Below are positions 11,375-23,048 of a DNA stretch of 56,281 nucleotides, one piece after another (position 1 is the stretch's first letter; each line of letters begins with the position of its first letter). Below the pieces are notes generated by a model that saw only the letters and a program-made list of their open reading frames with translations, did no database searches and was not told where the DNA came from. Source of the DNA: Octopus bimaculoides (lineage: Eukaryota). The translations under genes were made by a program, and so were the position numbers. The stretch covers positions 21,321,570 to 21,377,850 of the forward strand of contig NC_068996.1 of NCBI RefSeq assembly GCF_001194135.2, in the 5' to 3' direction.

Positions 11375-12533
11375 CTTCTGTTACCTGAGTGACCAAGTCA
11401 GTAGCTGGGGGTGGGTGCACTGAAAGTGTAGCTGCTAGAAACCTGGGCAAAGTTCAGAGAGCTCTTACCTCTGCTGGTGACAAAGAATCTCTCTCTCAGA
11501 GTAAAAGGCAGACTGTATGATGCATGTGTACGAACAGCCATGTTTCATGGCAGTGAAACATGGGCCGTGACTGCTGAAGACATGCGTAGGCTCACAAGGA
11601 ATGAAGCCAGTATGCTCCGCTGGATGTGTAATGTCAGTGTGCATACTTGACAGAGTGTAAGTACCTTGAGAGAAAAGTTGGACCTAAGAAGCATCAGATG
11701 TGGTGTGCAAGAGAGATGACTGCACTGGTATAGTCATGTGGCGAGAATGGATGAGGATAGCTGTGTGAAAAAGTGCCACACTCTAGTGGTTGAGGGAACC
11801 TGTGGAAGAGGTAGACCCAGGAAGACTGGGATGAGGTGGTGAAGCACGACCTTCGAACATTAGGCCTCACCAAGGCAATGACTAGTGACCAAGACCTTTG
11901 GAAATATTCTTTGCTTGAGAAGACCCAGCAAGCCAAGTGAGACCATAACCCGTGGCCTATGCCAGGGGTGTAACCAGCCCACTTATGTGTACTTTTCCTT
12001 CATTAGACACTAAACTCTGCTTGAGAAGACCTGTTGAGGCAAGTGAAATCGAAATCAAAATCAAGTTCAATGACTGGCATCCATGCTAGTGAAGCACTAA
12101 AAGCACCATCTGAGTGTGATCATTGCCAGAGCAACTGACTGGCTTCTAAGCCGGTGGCATGTAAAAAGCACCATTTGAGTGTGATCTTACCAGTATCGCC
12201 TTATTGGCACTTGTGCTGGTGGTACAAGAAAAAATATTTGAGCGAGGTCGTTGTCAGTGCCGCTGGACTGGCTCCTGTGTAGGTGGCACGTAAAAAACAC
12301 CATTTGAGTGTGGCTGTTGCCAGTACCACCTGACTGGACCTCGTGCCAGTGGCACGTAAAAATGCCAACTACACGATTGGAGTGGTTGGCGTTAGGAAGG
12401 GCATCCAGCTGTAGAAACTCTGCCAGATCAGATTGGAGCCTGGTGCAGCCATCTGGTTCGCCAGTCCTCAGTCAAATCATTCACCCCATGCAAGCATGGA
12501 AAGCGGACGTTAAACGATGATGATGATGATGAT
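11375..12533 (+). mobile_element. RTE-clade LINE 3' fragment with tandem-repeat 3' UTR and (ATG)n tail
   Basis: Peptides GRLYDACVRTAMFHGSETWAV and GTCGRGRPRK; ends aagcggacgttaaacgatgatgat. Confidence 0.85.
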
Positions 12534-13280
12534 TATATATATATATATATATATATATATGGATATATATATATATGTGTGTGTGTGTGTGCAGGAATAT
12601 AAATATACATGCATATAAATATTGATATATATATATATATATTCNNNNNNNNNNNNNNNNNNNNNNNNNNNNNNNNNNNNNNNNNNNNNNNNNNNNNNNN
12701 NNNNNNNNNNNNNNNNNNNNNNNNNNNNNNNNNNNNNNNNNNNNNNNNNNNNNNNNNNNNNNNNNNNNNNNNNNNNNNNNNNNNNNNNNNNNNNNNNNNN
12801 NNNNNNNNNNNNNNNNNNNNNNNNNNNNNNNNNNNNNNNNNNNNNNNNNNNNNNNNNNNNNNNNNNNNNNNNNNNNNNNNNNNNNNNNNNNNNNNNNNNN
12901 NNNNNNNNNNNNNNNNNNNNNNNNNNNNNNNNNNNNNNNNNNNNNNNNNNNNNNNNNNNNNNNNNNNNNNNNNNNNNNNNNNNNNNNNNNNNNNNNNNNN
13001 NNNNNNNNNNNNNNNNNNNNNNNNNNNNNNNNNNNNNNNNNNNNNNNNNNNNNNNNNNNNNNNNNNNNNNNNNNNNNNNNNNNNNNNNNNNNNNNNNNNN
13101 NNNNNNNNNNNNNNNNNNNNNNNNNNNNNNNNNNNNNNNNNNNNNNNNNNNNNNNNNNNNNNNNNNNNNNNNNNNNNNNNNNNNNNNNNNNNNNNNNNNN
13201 NNNNNNNNNNNNNNNNNNNNNNNNNNNNNNNNNNNNNNNNNNNNNNNNNNNNNNNNNNNNNNNNNNNNNNNNNNNNNNNN

Positions 13281-13632
13281 GCTACACCAGGCTCCAATCT
13301 GCGTACCTTCCTTCATTGGACACAAAACTCCACTTGCGAAGACCTGTTGAGGCAAGTGAAATCGGAATCGAAATCGAACTAAATTCGACGACTGACACCC
13401 ATGCCAATGTCGTCTCCTTCATTGGACATGAAACTCGGCTTGTGAAGACCTGTTGGGGCAATCGAAAGTGAAATCGTGATGGCACCTGTGCCCAGCGTCG
13501 CCTTCCTGGCACTTGTGCCAGTGGCACATGTAAAGACATTCAAGTGAGATTGTTGCCAGTGCCACTGGACTGGCTCCTGTGCAGGTGGCATGTAAAATAC
13601 ACCACTTTGAGCGTGGAAGTTGCCAGTACCAT
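13281..13632 (-). mobile_element. RTE 3' UTR/tail fragment
   Basis: gctacaccaggctccaatctg and repeated gtggcacatgtaaa units, homologous to 12050-12450. Confidence 0.7.
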
Positions 13633-13918
13633 CTTTATTGAGAACCTAGTAGTTGTTATTTTCATTGAAATCAGAGGTATTTGAAATTTCACAATGTTCG
13701 TCTCCCACTTAACCCCCCTAATTGTAATGGAAAGTAAATCTTCTGTAGCTTATTGTCTTTCTTGTGAAATTTTACGTGAGAACACATACTTTGTTTTTAT
13801 GTATCTTCTATTCCCTTTCATCCTATAGATGTACAGACACACAGATGCTGAGCTTTATTATACATACATACATGCATACATACATACATACGTACGTACA
13901 TACATACANNNNNNNNNN

Positions 13919-13957
<39 letters not shown>

Positions 13958-14299
13958 AAGCATACATATACACATGCACATATATACATACAAGGTCAGA
14001 TTTATGGAGGAACCAATATAGACCCTAAGCATCAGTGCCTCCTTCACCTCCAATCAAGCATTAGGGACCCTTTTAACTCAAAGAAGCCCAAAGCTCAGGG
14101 TCAAAATTTAAAGAATATATTTATGACAATCAAATTAATAATGATGAACAACTTATAACCATTCATTGCTAAGTATCTATAACACCACTTTTGTCTTATT
14201 TGCAGTTCAAGACTGAGTTTTAGTGATAAGCCAACAAAAGGACTTATTGTATAATTGTATATACCTATTACATTACATCATTAAATGCAACTTTTTGTC

Positions 14300-14305
14300 T
14301 GTCTG

Positions 14306-14359
<54 letters not shown>

Positions 14360-14404
14360 CATCTATCCATCCATCCATCCATCCATCCATCCATCCATCC
14401 ATCC

Positions 14405-14445
<41 letters not shown>
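14300..14445. repeat. Compound (TCTG)/(TCTA)/(TCCA)/(TCTA) tetranucleotide microsatellite
   Basis: Seen directly. Confidence 0.95.
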
Positions 14446-14589
14446 GCATACACATGCACACACACACACGCATATTAATTTATATGTACATATGTATATA
14501 TGCATGAATGCATGTATGCATGCATATCAGTGTGCTTGTGCATACATGTACTTGTGCACACATGCATACATGTGTATACATGTGCATAA

Positions 14590-15118
14590 CAAGTGCTGGG
14601 GATTGGTAAGCATCAGGGACTGGTAATTGGTGGTCCTGCTTATGGGGTTGGTTGGTGACGGTAACCTTGGCACAGGTGGTGCAGGGTAGCAGCTGGTACT
14701 AAGGTGGTATATCCAGGTTGTTGGCAGTTAGAGGCTTGAAATTTGCCAGAAGGGCATACCTCTGGTGACAGCAATAAGATAAATTGTATTTCTTGTTGAT
14801 GGATACTGTGGGTTGTTGGAGGATATGCAATTTTTTGAGGAGGCAGAGCTGGCAATAGTCCACTTGATGCTGAGTGTTTTGTCTCAGAGATCATGGAATC
14901 TCCAACAAATATGAAACAGGGAAGTAGAGTTCTCTCTGTCCCTGGATTTGAACAAGTGCATATACTAGGAATATTTTCCCTTGTAGGCATTTGCTGTCAT
15001 ACATGTATAGTGCCTAGTAATGCCAGCAGATGGTGTAAGGGTGACTCTGTATATTATGACCCTTGAGAGGCAGGATCCTTCTAGATGGGGTTTCAGCAGT
15101 TGCAGGTCGGGGTTGGTG
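14590..15118 (-). mobile_element. Penelope-like element C-terminus, GIY-YIG endonuclease remnant (Naiad-like)
   Basis: Minus-strand, frameshifted peptides: TCNC*N / LEGSCLSRVIIYRVTL...RHYTCMTANAYK / STSLFHICW / CQLCLLKKLHIL...SINKKYNLSYCCHQ. These match the CNCR..CPLxGxCL, IY..YIG and CxLCLxEK..NKRSEL..CRH pattern. The subgroup call is inference. Confidence 0.65.
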
Positions 15119-15242
15119 CAAGTATATATATATAATTTAAAGAAAAACCACTATTAAATAATTCAACAAAGAACTCAACTCACACCCTCAAGAAAACAAA
15201 TATATCACAAAAACCTTATTCAAAAAATTTATAAAATACTGT

Positions 15243-15609
15243 AAAGTGGCTGGCATTTGGAGGGGGCATCCAGCTGTAGAATCTGTAGCAATGCTGATTT
15301 TGGAGCTTCAATACAGCCCTGTAGTTTGCTGGATCCTGTCAAACCGTCCATCTCATACCTGCATGGAAAGTGGATGTTAAGTGATGATGATGATGGAGAT
15401 GGTTTTTCCATGCTTGTATCTGTTACGTGGAACCTGTTGAGGCAGATTTTTTTCATCTGGATGTTTTTCTGTTGCTAACTCTTGTTTCCACGCAAAGTAA
15501 TATTTCCCCATAGTCAGACATGTTTATCATGGAAGACTGGAAAAGGACAACAATGCTTGTATGACTGTGATGCTCATTTACAGTCATCATATGATGTTAA
15601 GATAAAGAG

Positions 15610-15612
<3 letters not shown>
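15243..15612. mobile_element. RTE tail (plus, 15243-15392) next to an RTE-type SINE tail 'B' (minus, 15398-15612)
   Basis: gggcatccagctgtagaa...gtggatgttaagtgatgatgat, followed by sequence homologous to 35495-35715, 40535-40710, 46052-46285 and 55725-55930. Confidence 0.7.
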
Positions 15613-15640
<28 letters not shown>

Positions 15641-15751
15641 CACACACACACACACACACACACATGCACACACACACACATGCACACATACACACACACA
15701 TACATACATACATACATACATGCATACATACATACATACATACATATATAT

Positions 15752-15787
<36 letters not shown>

Positions 15788-16512
15788 NNNNNNNNNNNNN
15801 NNNNNNNNNNNNNNATATATATGTATATATGTATATGTATATAAAAACAATGCAAAAATTGCATTGTGATCAGCAATGTGTAACAACATCTGATAGCCTG
15901 CGGAAGGCTAATTGGGCCTGCAGCCCAAAACTTAAGAGAGCTAAATATTATGACTATAATACATCTATAAAGACTATATGCCCCAATGGTGTTTGATCAG
16001 AGGTTAAGGATGGATGAGAATTAATTCTGTAATGCAACCATTCTATTGTTCCAGTCCCAAGTTGAATTCCAACTGTTGGTCAATATTCCCCAAAGTTCTT
16101 ATCTCAATGTAAAATTAATGAAGCAAATGTTATTTATCTCTCCTTTGATCTCTGATGTCATCTGACAAATGCCAACCAAGATGGCATGAATCAGCCAAGC
16201 TTTACCTGCTAGAAATAGTAACCCAAATGCATTTAAATCAGATCCCAATGATGGATGTTCAATAACCAAATGAAGGGCAGATTTACAATCCCAGGATCAT
16301 CTTGATTCCAAAAAGGTATACCATGTCTATGTAGAGTAAATGTAGACTGACAGACCAAATTTCACTTTTATTATTATTTTATAAATATATATATTTATGC
16401 ATGTATATATACATACCAGAATATATATTATGTGTGTATTTGTAAAACGTAACTGCATGTGAATCATTGGCGATTTTATTCCTCTGTCTTGCCTTCTATT
16501 GGCCTTTCCTCT

Positions 16513-16548
16513 GTTTCCGAAGAAGAGCGTCTGCTCGAAATGTTAAAC
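16513..16548 (+). ncRNA. Degenerate minimal hammerhead-ribozyme-like motif in a probable PLE pseudo-LTR remnant
   Basis: GTTT-CCGAAGA-A-GAGC-gtct-GCTC-GAAA-TGTT-AAAC: stem I GTTT/AAAC, stem II GAGC/GCTC. Core U4 is C in this copy. Confidence 0.5.
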
Positions 16549-16675
16549 CATCTTTCTTTCCTTTCCTGAGCATATGCTAATACATTACATGTACCATGTC
16601 CTTGCATAGTTGTTTTTTTGTATCTGTTCTTTTTTGGATTGACTATACACACACACACACATATATATATATATA

Positions 16676-16740
16676 CTAGAAATGCACCCTGGTGTTGCCC
16701 GGGTGTTACAACCTACAGTCACATTGTATTATTTGTTCTT
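16676..16740 (-). mobile_element. Helitron 3' terminus
   Basis: Minus strand reads cacccgggcaacaccagggtg (hairpin) catttCTAG|T next to a (TA)n run. Confidence 0.6.
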
Positions 16741-17032
16741 TTCTTATGGGCAGAATTGACACATGAGGAGTATCAAACAAACTACTCTTTATAAACATGC
16801 TTTTCAGTCATTTTCTGATAAACAACGCTACAGTTTCTGTCTACCAAATTCAGTCACAAGTCTGCTAGTTGGTGCTGAGCTTGTACATGCTCTCCCAACA
16901 AGCACAGCCTCTACTCACTCAGTTCACGTGTTTACCTCATTACAGCAGCATTCCTGTTGTGTTTTTTCCATTGTTTTTGTTTAGTTTAGTGCATTTTTTG
17001 CTATTATTTTATAATAATTAGTTGTGTTAGCT

Positions 17033-17660
17033 ATGGGTCCTTAGGAGGTTAGTGCAAAGGACAGTGCTGAGAAGAAGAAAAAGCTGATTATGATAGAATT
17101 AAAGAAGGAAATCATTAATAAACATGAGAGAGGAGTGCATATATTGTGTATAGTGGACGGAAGCACGGCAATGATCAGCACCATTGTGAAGAAAAAGGAT
17201 AAGATCAAGGCTGTTACAACAGCAAAAGCTGTCTCCAGGCTCTCCAAGCAATGCACACCTGTCCATGAAGAGATGGAAAAATTGCTTCTCCTGTGGATCA
17301 ATGAGAAGCAACTTACTGGGGATACAATTACAGAGACCATCATCTGTGAGAAAGCATGAGTGCTGTATGGGGATCTCTTGAAGCAGAACCCTGGAACATA
17401 GATGGAGGAGACATCACCAGTCACATTTAAGGCCAGTCATGACTGGTTCGATAATTTCAGGAAGAGGACCGGTGTTCATAGTGTCATCAGGTATGGAAAA
17501 GCAGCAACTTCTGACATGAAGGCAGTTGAGGATTTTGTGTGTAAATTCCATCAGCTCATTGCAGCTGAGAGATATATTTCACAACTGGTATTCAACTGTG
17601 ATGAAACTGGTTTTTTTTTTGGAAAAAATACCCAGAAGAACCTACATGACTGCAGAGAAG
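17033..17660 (+). pseudogene. Tigger/pogo transposase remnant (CENP-B-type HTH plus first DDE aspartate)
   Basis: One frame from ATG 17033: MGP*EVSAKDSAEKKKKLIMIELKKEIINKHERG...EEMEKLLLLWINEKQLTGD...FKASHDWFDNFRKR...VFNCDETG, with three in-frame stops, truncated after the first D. Confidence 0.9.
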
Positions 17661-17699
17661 AAAAAGCTATAGAAAATGATTTTTGAGTTGTTTTGGAGG

Positions 17700-18900
17700 G
17701 CTGGAATGGATTAATTGAAAGTTTGTAATAAGGTTGACTATCATTACTTGGTAGCTGTCCCAAACATAACTGGTTTCTGTTCTGTATCCAGACGCCTTAT
17801 AACAGCAATGAATATTTGCATCTGCTTGGCAGACAGAGTAACTGGCTATCTATCAGAACCATTCCAAATCATGTACCCAGTCTGTCAAAGACGTCCTCTC
17901 TCATCTCTTGCGTATATAATATCTCTCAAAGTACAAGTGTGAAAACTACAGTTTAAGGGACATCCTGCTCCAAATAGAACACAAGAGAATCAAGTTTGCA
18001 TATACAGATGATACCATCATAATGATGTTAGACATCATGGAGGTTGTGATGATCAGTACCATTCTAAAGGATTACTAGTCTTTGTTGAGGATAAAGATTA
18101 AGCTAGATAAGTTGGTGGATTTACAGCTTGGTTCCTAGAAAGGCAAGTCCATACTGTTGAACAGCATTATAGTGTGCTTGATAGATGGTTCGATTTAGTT
18201 GATTGGGGATGGTCTGAACTAGACCTCCAGATAGATAGGAACTAGGAGAGGCCACAAGCAGGTAAGTCAGTCTCACTCAGAAATGGGTTGATTGGCAGAA
18301 AGTTATTTCTGAAAAGTTGGGAAGAATTGGCAAATTCATACATTGCCCTGTCATATATTACTACTTGACCTAGTGCTTTGCTCTAGTTTTTGTTATAGTA
18401 GATGAGAGCATCTGCTCTTTAGTGTTTTTGCTTTTTATGGAAGGGATGTTCCACTAGTCAGGCAGTCTTTCTGCTGCCAGTATCCTATGCACAGAGGACT
18501 TGGTATCCTGTAACAGCTGATATGCAGACATGCACTGAGACTACAGATGAAAGATATTCCTAGACAGTGAATGGATGAGGTTATCTTTTGTCAAGCATGC
18601 ATTTCCACAGCTTATTTCATCAATAAGACTGTTGTCCTGGGTCAAATGAATACTAAGACCAGGTGCCTAACATCTAGAATGCTAGTCTGAAACTCATAAC
18701 CCTCTACCAATCAGGCAATAGGGATCCCTAGAGCTTCTATGTTGGTGTTCTGCAGAGGACTATAACGGTGAGGAAGAGCCTACATTTCTGAGGAAACTAG
18801 GTGTCAACAGGAGTCAACTATCTTGTCTGTTTTTGGAGAACTTTTAGCACAGAATAACCTTGATAGATTCTAAATAATTAGCAATGTCACCGGGAGTTTG
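17700..18900 (+). mobile_element. L1/Tx1-clade LINE RT remnant, highly degraded
   Basis: KVCNKVDYHYL (KAFDRVDH-like), LSEPFQIMYPVCQRRPLSSLAY (SVRQGCPLSPLLY-like), AYTDDTII, LDLQIDRN*, GRKLFLK, FLWKG, PLVRQSFCCQYPMHRGLG. Confidence 0.7.
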
Positions 18901-20402
18901 AGACAATTCTACACACACACACAGAAGTACCAACAACTGGGATCTGTTTAAGATATATGTTGAATGATGAAACCATTTTGCATACACTCATTCACTGTCC
19001 AAACATTACAGCTTTGTGGAGTTTTGTTGTTGGAGAGTTGTTCTGGCAAATAAAGTAGATCCAGTTACCTGTCATGATCAATGTGTACATCACCTTGCCA
19101 CCTATCTTTAGATGTGGGTGGAAAACTTCACATTATCAAAAGGATCATTTAAGCTCACTGGGTGGCTTCGTGCACTGTCTAAAAGGAATAATATTTTGTT
19201 GAAAACATGTCTGGCACTGTACCTTTCTACAGTTGATTAAAAAAAGTTTGTAAACTAGTCTTGCAAAAGGCTCATGGTCATCTATGCCTTCTTATTTGAA
19301 TGTCAAATCACAGGTAAATTAAACTTAGCATAAATATTGTATGCTCTTGGGTGTTGGGAGTGATATTCAAACAGGGACATTGATTTTGTATTACCTTCAG
19401 CATTTCCTGTCAAAAAACACAAAACATTTTTTAGAAGTTTTAAAACCTCCTGTTGATCTTTCTCCACTAAAAGTCCCAGATGACATGTGCTTGGTGAAGC
19501 TTAGTTTTATCAACACTATAATATTTATTATGGTATATATCTTTGTTAAAGCAATTATTTCGTTTAACTCTTCATGGTAATTAATAGCTGCCTTTATATA
19601 AGTACTGGCAGTTTCACTAATCATTTTAATGAGCAAAATAATGTGCTTTTTCAAAAGTTTCAAACCAGCATTTGTCTTCAAAGGTAAAAAAAAAATTGTT
19701 TTGCATCAGAAGTTGCAACTGGCAACTTTTACTTGAATGACATTGTATTTATTTGCACATTACATCCAATCTGATCCAAGCACACTCAGAAGCCTATCCA
19801 TTCTAACCATTATTTCTGATCTATAAAAGATTAGCAGCCAGGCGTTGAATGGAGAAAACTTAAACACTTGGCCTAATTTGTCATTATTGTTATATATTGT
19901 TCCCATTGTAGATGTTAGCAGAATTAAATGATGTTGCACTTAGTAGTGTTGAATAAAATATACTCATATATAGACACAGGTATGGGAAACCTTTTGCAGT
20001 GGAAATAGTCTGGGACGAATATTTCCCTTGTAGAAAATGTGTGAAAACACATTGAATTGTAAAAAACATCATTTGATTGTAAGATGCGTGTGTTTTTGTG
20101 TTCTTTCCCATTGTCAGCATGAACACTAATTCTAGCTTGATCAAGCTCTACTTACATCAGCAAAGAGTACTATAAATTGTTCTAATATAAAATGAATTAT
20201 TCTTTTTTGGGTTGTCAATGGTAGATTCAAAGTTCATAGTTGATGGTATGAAAGAAAGGTGGTAAGTTTTGTGTCTTTATGGTTCAGCGACATCAATCAC
20301 AACCCAATGTGTTTTTCATCCATGACTTCCAGGAGGAGCATTTTCTCCAGAGACTATTCTGCAGCAAAAAGTCTTTCTATATCCAAATTTTAAATACTTT
20401 AC

Positions 20403-22106
20403 ATGAATATAGTTTGTTTAATGCCGCTTTATGCAACTGTATGTATGTATGTATGTATGTATTCTCATGCATATAGTTACATATCTAGACATGCTCGTAT
20501 ATATTTAAATGATAAACTTCTGTATGTATGTATGTCATTGTTCAGTTTTATTTCAAGATTTTTTGCTAATAGAGAAAGAGCTGGTTTCTAACCTAGATTT
20601 AATGCTCCTTCATTGGGATTTCAACAGCAACAACAGGGTATTTATGTTTGTATGTATGTATGTATATATGCAGATTTATATGCTTTGCTTTATGTATGTA
20701 TCGTCATGCATATAGTTGCATATCTAGACATGCTCATATATATTTAAATGATAAATTTCTGGAAAGTTTTACAGATTTTTACAGTTCCAGTGATGAATTG
20801 GATCTGTAGTCTTCGAATTAGCGTTTTGCTTTCTGGTTTTGAAAAGCCTAATTTCTCAAGATTGGTATTTAGGCAATGTGTTACATACCCCAGGACCTGA
20901 ACTTGTAATCAGGTATAAACCTGAACTTGTAATCTGGACAGAGTAACTGCAGATTTCTCAATAGTTCAGCGTAGGTATTCTCTTTTTCATTGATCTTCAG
21001 CTTTATGTTAACATCTGCTGGGCAGCTGATTTCCACAAACTGTACACAGTTTCTCTTCTCTATTGTAAATCATTATATCAAGTCTATTGTGTTTACATTT
21101 TATTAAGGTCTTCACTGAAACTTTCCACCAGTATTCCTTTTTTATTATGAGTGGCTATGGCTTCTACCATACTGTGGTTCTTATTTCCTTGTCCTTGGGG
21201 TTATCCTTCTGATGGATTTCATAATAGAGTGTTCTAGCTACAACATCATGTCTCATTGGTAGATAATACTGTGATGACATTTTCAGACAACTGCTTATGA
21301 TGTGGGTGATATCTTCAATGTTAACTCCACAAGGTCTGCATTTGTTATCACATTTTACTGCTTTTCCTGCATCTCTATCCCTTTGGTGCATCAGGTACTT
21401 GGTTGATATTTCCTGTTTCTAGATTGCAAATGCATACCCTTCAAAGTGGAAGGTAGTAATCTGGCTATTGATTGGTCCTTGATAAACTGCTTTGATGGTC
21501 AATGTTACAATCATCTCGGAGCTTTCTACTAACATATCCATACATCGTCTTCTGCTCGTATAGGCTCGTCCTTTCATCTGATGATACATTGCGGTAAAGT
21601 TGTGGGACTTCTTTGGGCATGTATTTTTGGTTATCAGACAAAGAATGTTGCTCAAGGAGCTGCCTGCCATGTTTTATGATGTTATCAGCCTCATGTATGC
21701 AAACTTGGTCAAGAGATGCACTTCGACACTTGGTGGTTAAAAGATGTTGCTGAAGGGATATGGTACGACATTCAAAGGCAGTTTGGATCGATGTTAAGCC
21801 TCTGCCGCCTTGTTTTTGTTTTAGGTAGAGGCAGTCTAATATTGATGTGGAAATTATGTGTGCTGGTTAGTATTTTTCAAGTTTTCACATCAATGGCTCG
21901 GATCTCATCAAGCGTCTAATCAAGCAGCCCAAATGTTGATATGAGTATTGGCACTGCAAACACATTGTGGGCCACTGTTTTATTGAATGCAGAGAGTTCT
22001 GAGGTCCATATTGTTTTTATTCGGCTGTGATATTCTTTAGCAACACGTGTTTTGCTACAGGTGCCACTGTAAGATATGTTTTCATCCGCCCCTAGATACC
22101 TGTTAT
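20403..22106 (-). mobile_element. R4/Dong-clade non-LTR retrotransposon, 5'-truncated, with restriction-like endonuclease; partial second 3' UTR copy at about 20403-20522
   Basis: YLGADENISY, ELSAFNKTVAHNVFAVPIL, GGRGL, CRPCGVNIEDITHIISSC (CCHC knuckle), RHDVVA, HNRLDIM / VEISCPAD (REL), ITGTVKICKTFQKFII* with stop at 20744-20746. Confidence 0.85.
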
Positions 22107-22445
22107 GTATGTATGTGTGTATGTGTGTATGTATGTATGTATGTATGTATGTATGTATGTATGTATGTATGTGTATATATGTATGTATGTATGTGTGTGT
22201 GTATGTATGTATGTATGCATGTATGTGTGCATGTATGTATATATGCATTTATGTATGTATGTATGTATGTATGTATGTGTGCATGTATGTATATATGCAT
22301 TTATGTATGTATGTATGTATGTATATATGCATTTATGTATGTATGTGTATGTGTATGTTTGTATATATGTATGTGTGTGTATACATACACACATACTCAC
22401 ATGTATATACATATGAATGTGTATGTATATATGTATGTATATATA
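22105..22445. repeat. (TATG)n compound microsatellite
   Basis: Seen directly. Confidence 0.95.
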
Positions 22446-22535
22446 TGGGAGAATTTATGAAAAATACAACAGACGAGGACAGGTGGTGTAAACAACAAAA
22501 GGATGTATTAGTTTAATGCTCGGGAATACAGAAAG

Positions 22536-22572
22536 TCTTTAACGTTTTGAGCTACGCTCTTCAACAGAAAGA
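22536..22572 (-). ncRNA. Degenerate hammerhead-like motif in a probable PLE pseudo-LTR remnant (about 22450-22610)
   Basis: Minus strand: TCTTT-CTGTTGA-A-GAGC-gta-GCTC-AAAA-CGTT-AAAGA. Confidence 0.4.
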
Positions 22573-22827
22573 AATAAGGAGAAAAACACGGAGGAAAAAA
22601 ATTGAATGCTTTGGTCGCGGACGTTAAACGACGATGATATACATACGTATATANNNNNNNNNNNNNNNNNNNNNNNNNNNNNNNNNNNNNNNNNATATAT
22701 ATATATATATACATACATATATATATACGTACACATTGATATATATATATATATACATATGAGTATGTGTGTATGTATACACACACACTCACATACACAC
22801 ATACATACATGTATTGTTTTTACATCC

Positions 22828-22859
<32 letters not shown>

Positions 22860-22875
<16 letters not shown>

Positions 22876-23048
22876 TTATGTCTGTCTTTGTCCTCCACCA
22901 CTACTTGACAACTGGTGTTGGTGTGTTTATGTTCACATAACTTAGTGGTTTGGCAAAAGTGACTGATAGAATAAGCGAAACCCTTCAAGGTAGTGCTCCA
23001 GCATGGCTGCAATGTGATGACTGAAGCAAGTAACAATAAAAGAATAAA
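22860..23048 (+). mobile_element. Family-2 SINE 3' half
   Basis: tttgtcctccaccactacttgacaactggtgttggtgtgtttatg...gctccagcatggctgca...taaaagaataaaag. Confidence 0.75.

Noticed and set aside
12050-12370. CRISPR-like repeat-spacer array
   Set aside because: Whole 63-66 bp units are homologous, with no unique spacers; eukaryotic LINE 3' UTR context and no cas genes.
9480-12533. Single twin-primed (5'-inverted) LINE insertion
   Set aside because: Both halves have their own 3' ends and overlap in element coordinates, so they are two copies.
14206-14254. Possible terminal exon SRLSFSDKPTKGLIV* after a good acceptor
   Set aside because: Short, no homology recognised and no partner exons.
15060-15110. 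Selenocysteine TGA in the Naiad-like element
   Set aside because: The TGA falls at the Arg of CNCR (likely CGA decay) and the Cys codons are ordinary.
17033-17686. Domesticated TIGD/CENP-B-like host gene
   Set aside because: Three in-frame stops and truncation after the first catalytic aspartate.
19401-19493. Possible exon HFLSKNTKHFLEVLKPPVDLSPLKVPDDMCL
   Set aside because: Weak donor (gtgaag) and no recognisable family; unsupported without RNA data.
21916-22516. YIHT/MYVC/HTHT repetitive ORFs (also 15.5, 45.3 and 55.9 kb)
   Set aside because: Translations of (TACA)n and (CA)n microsatellites.
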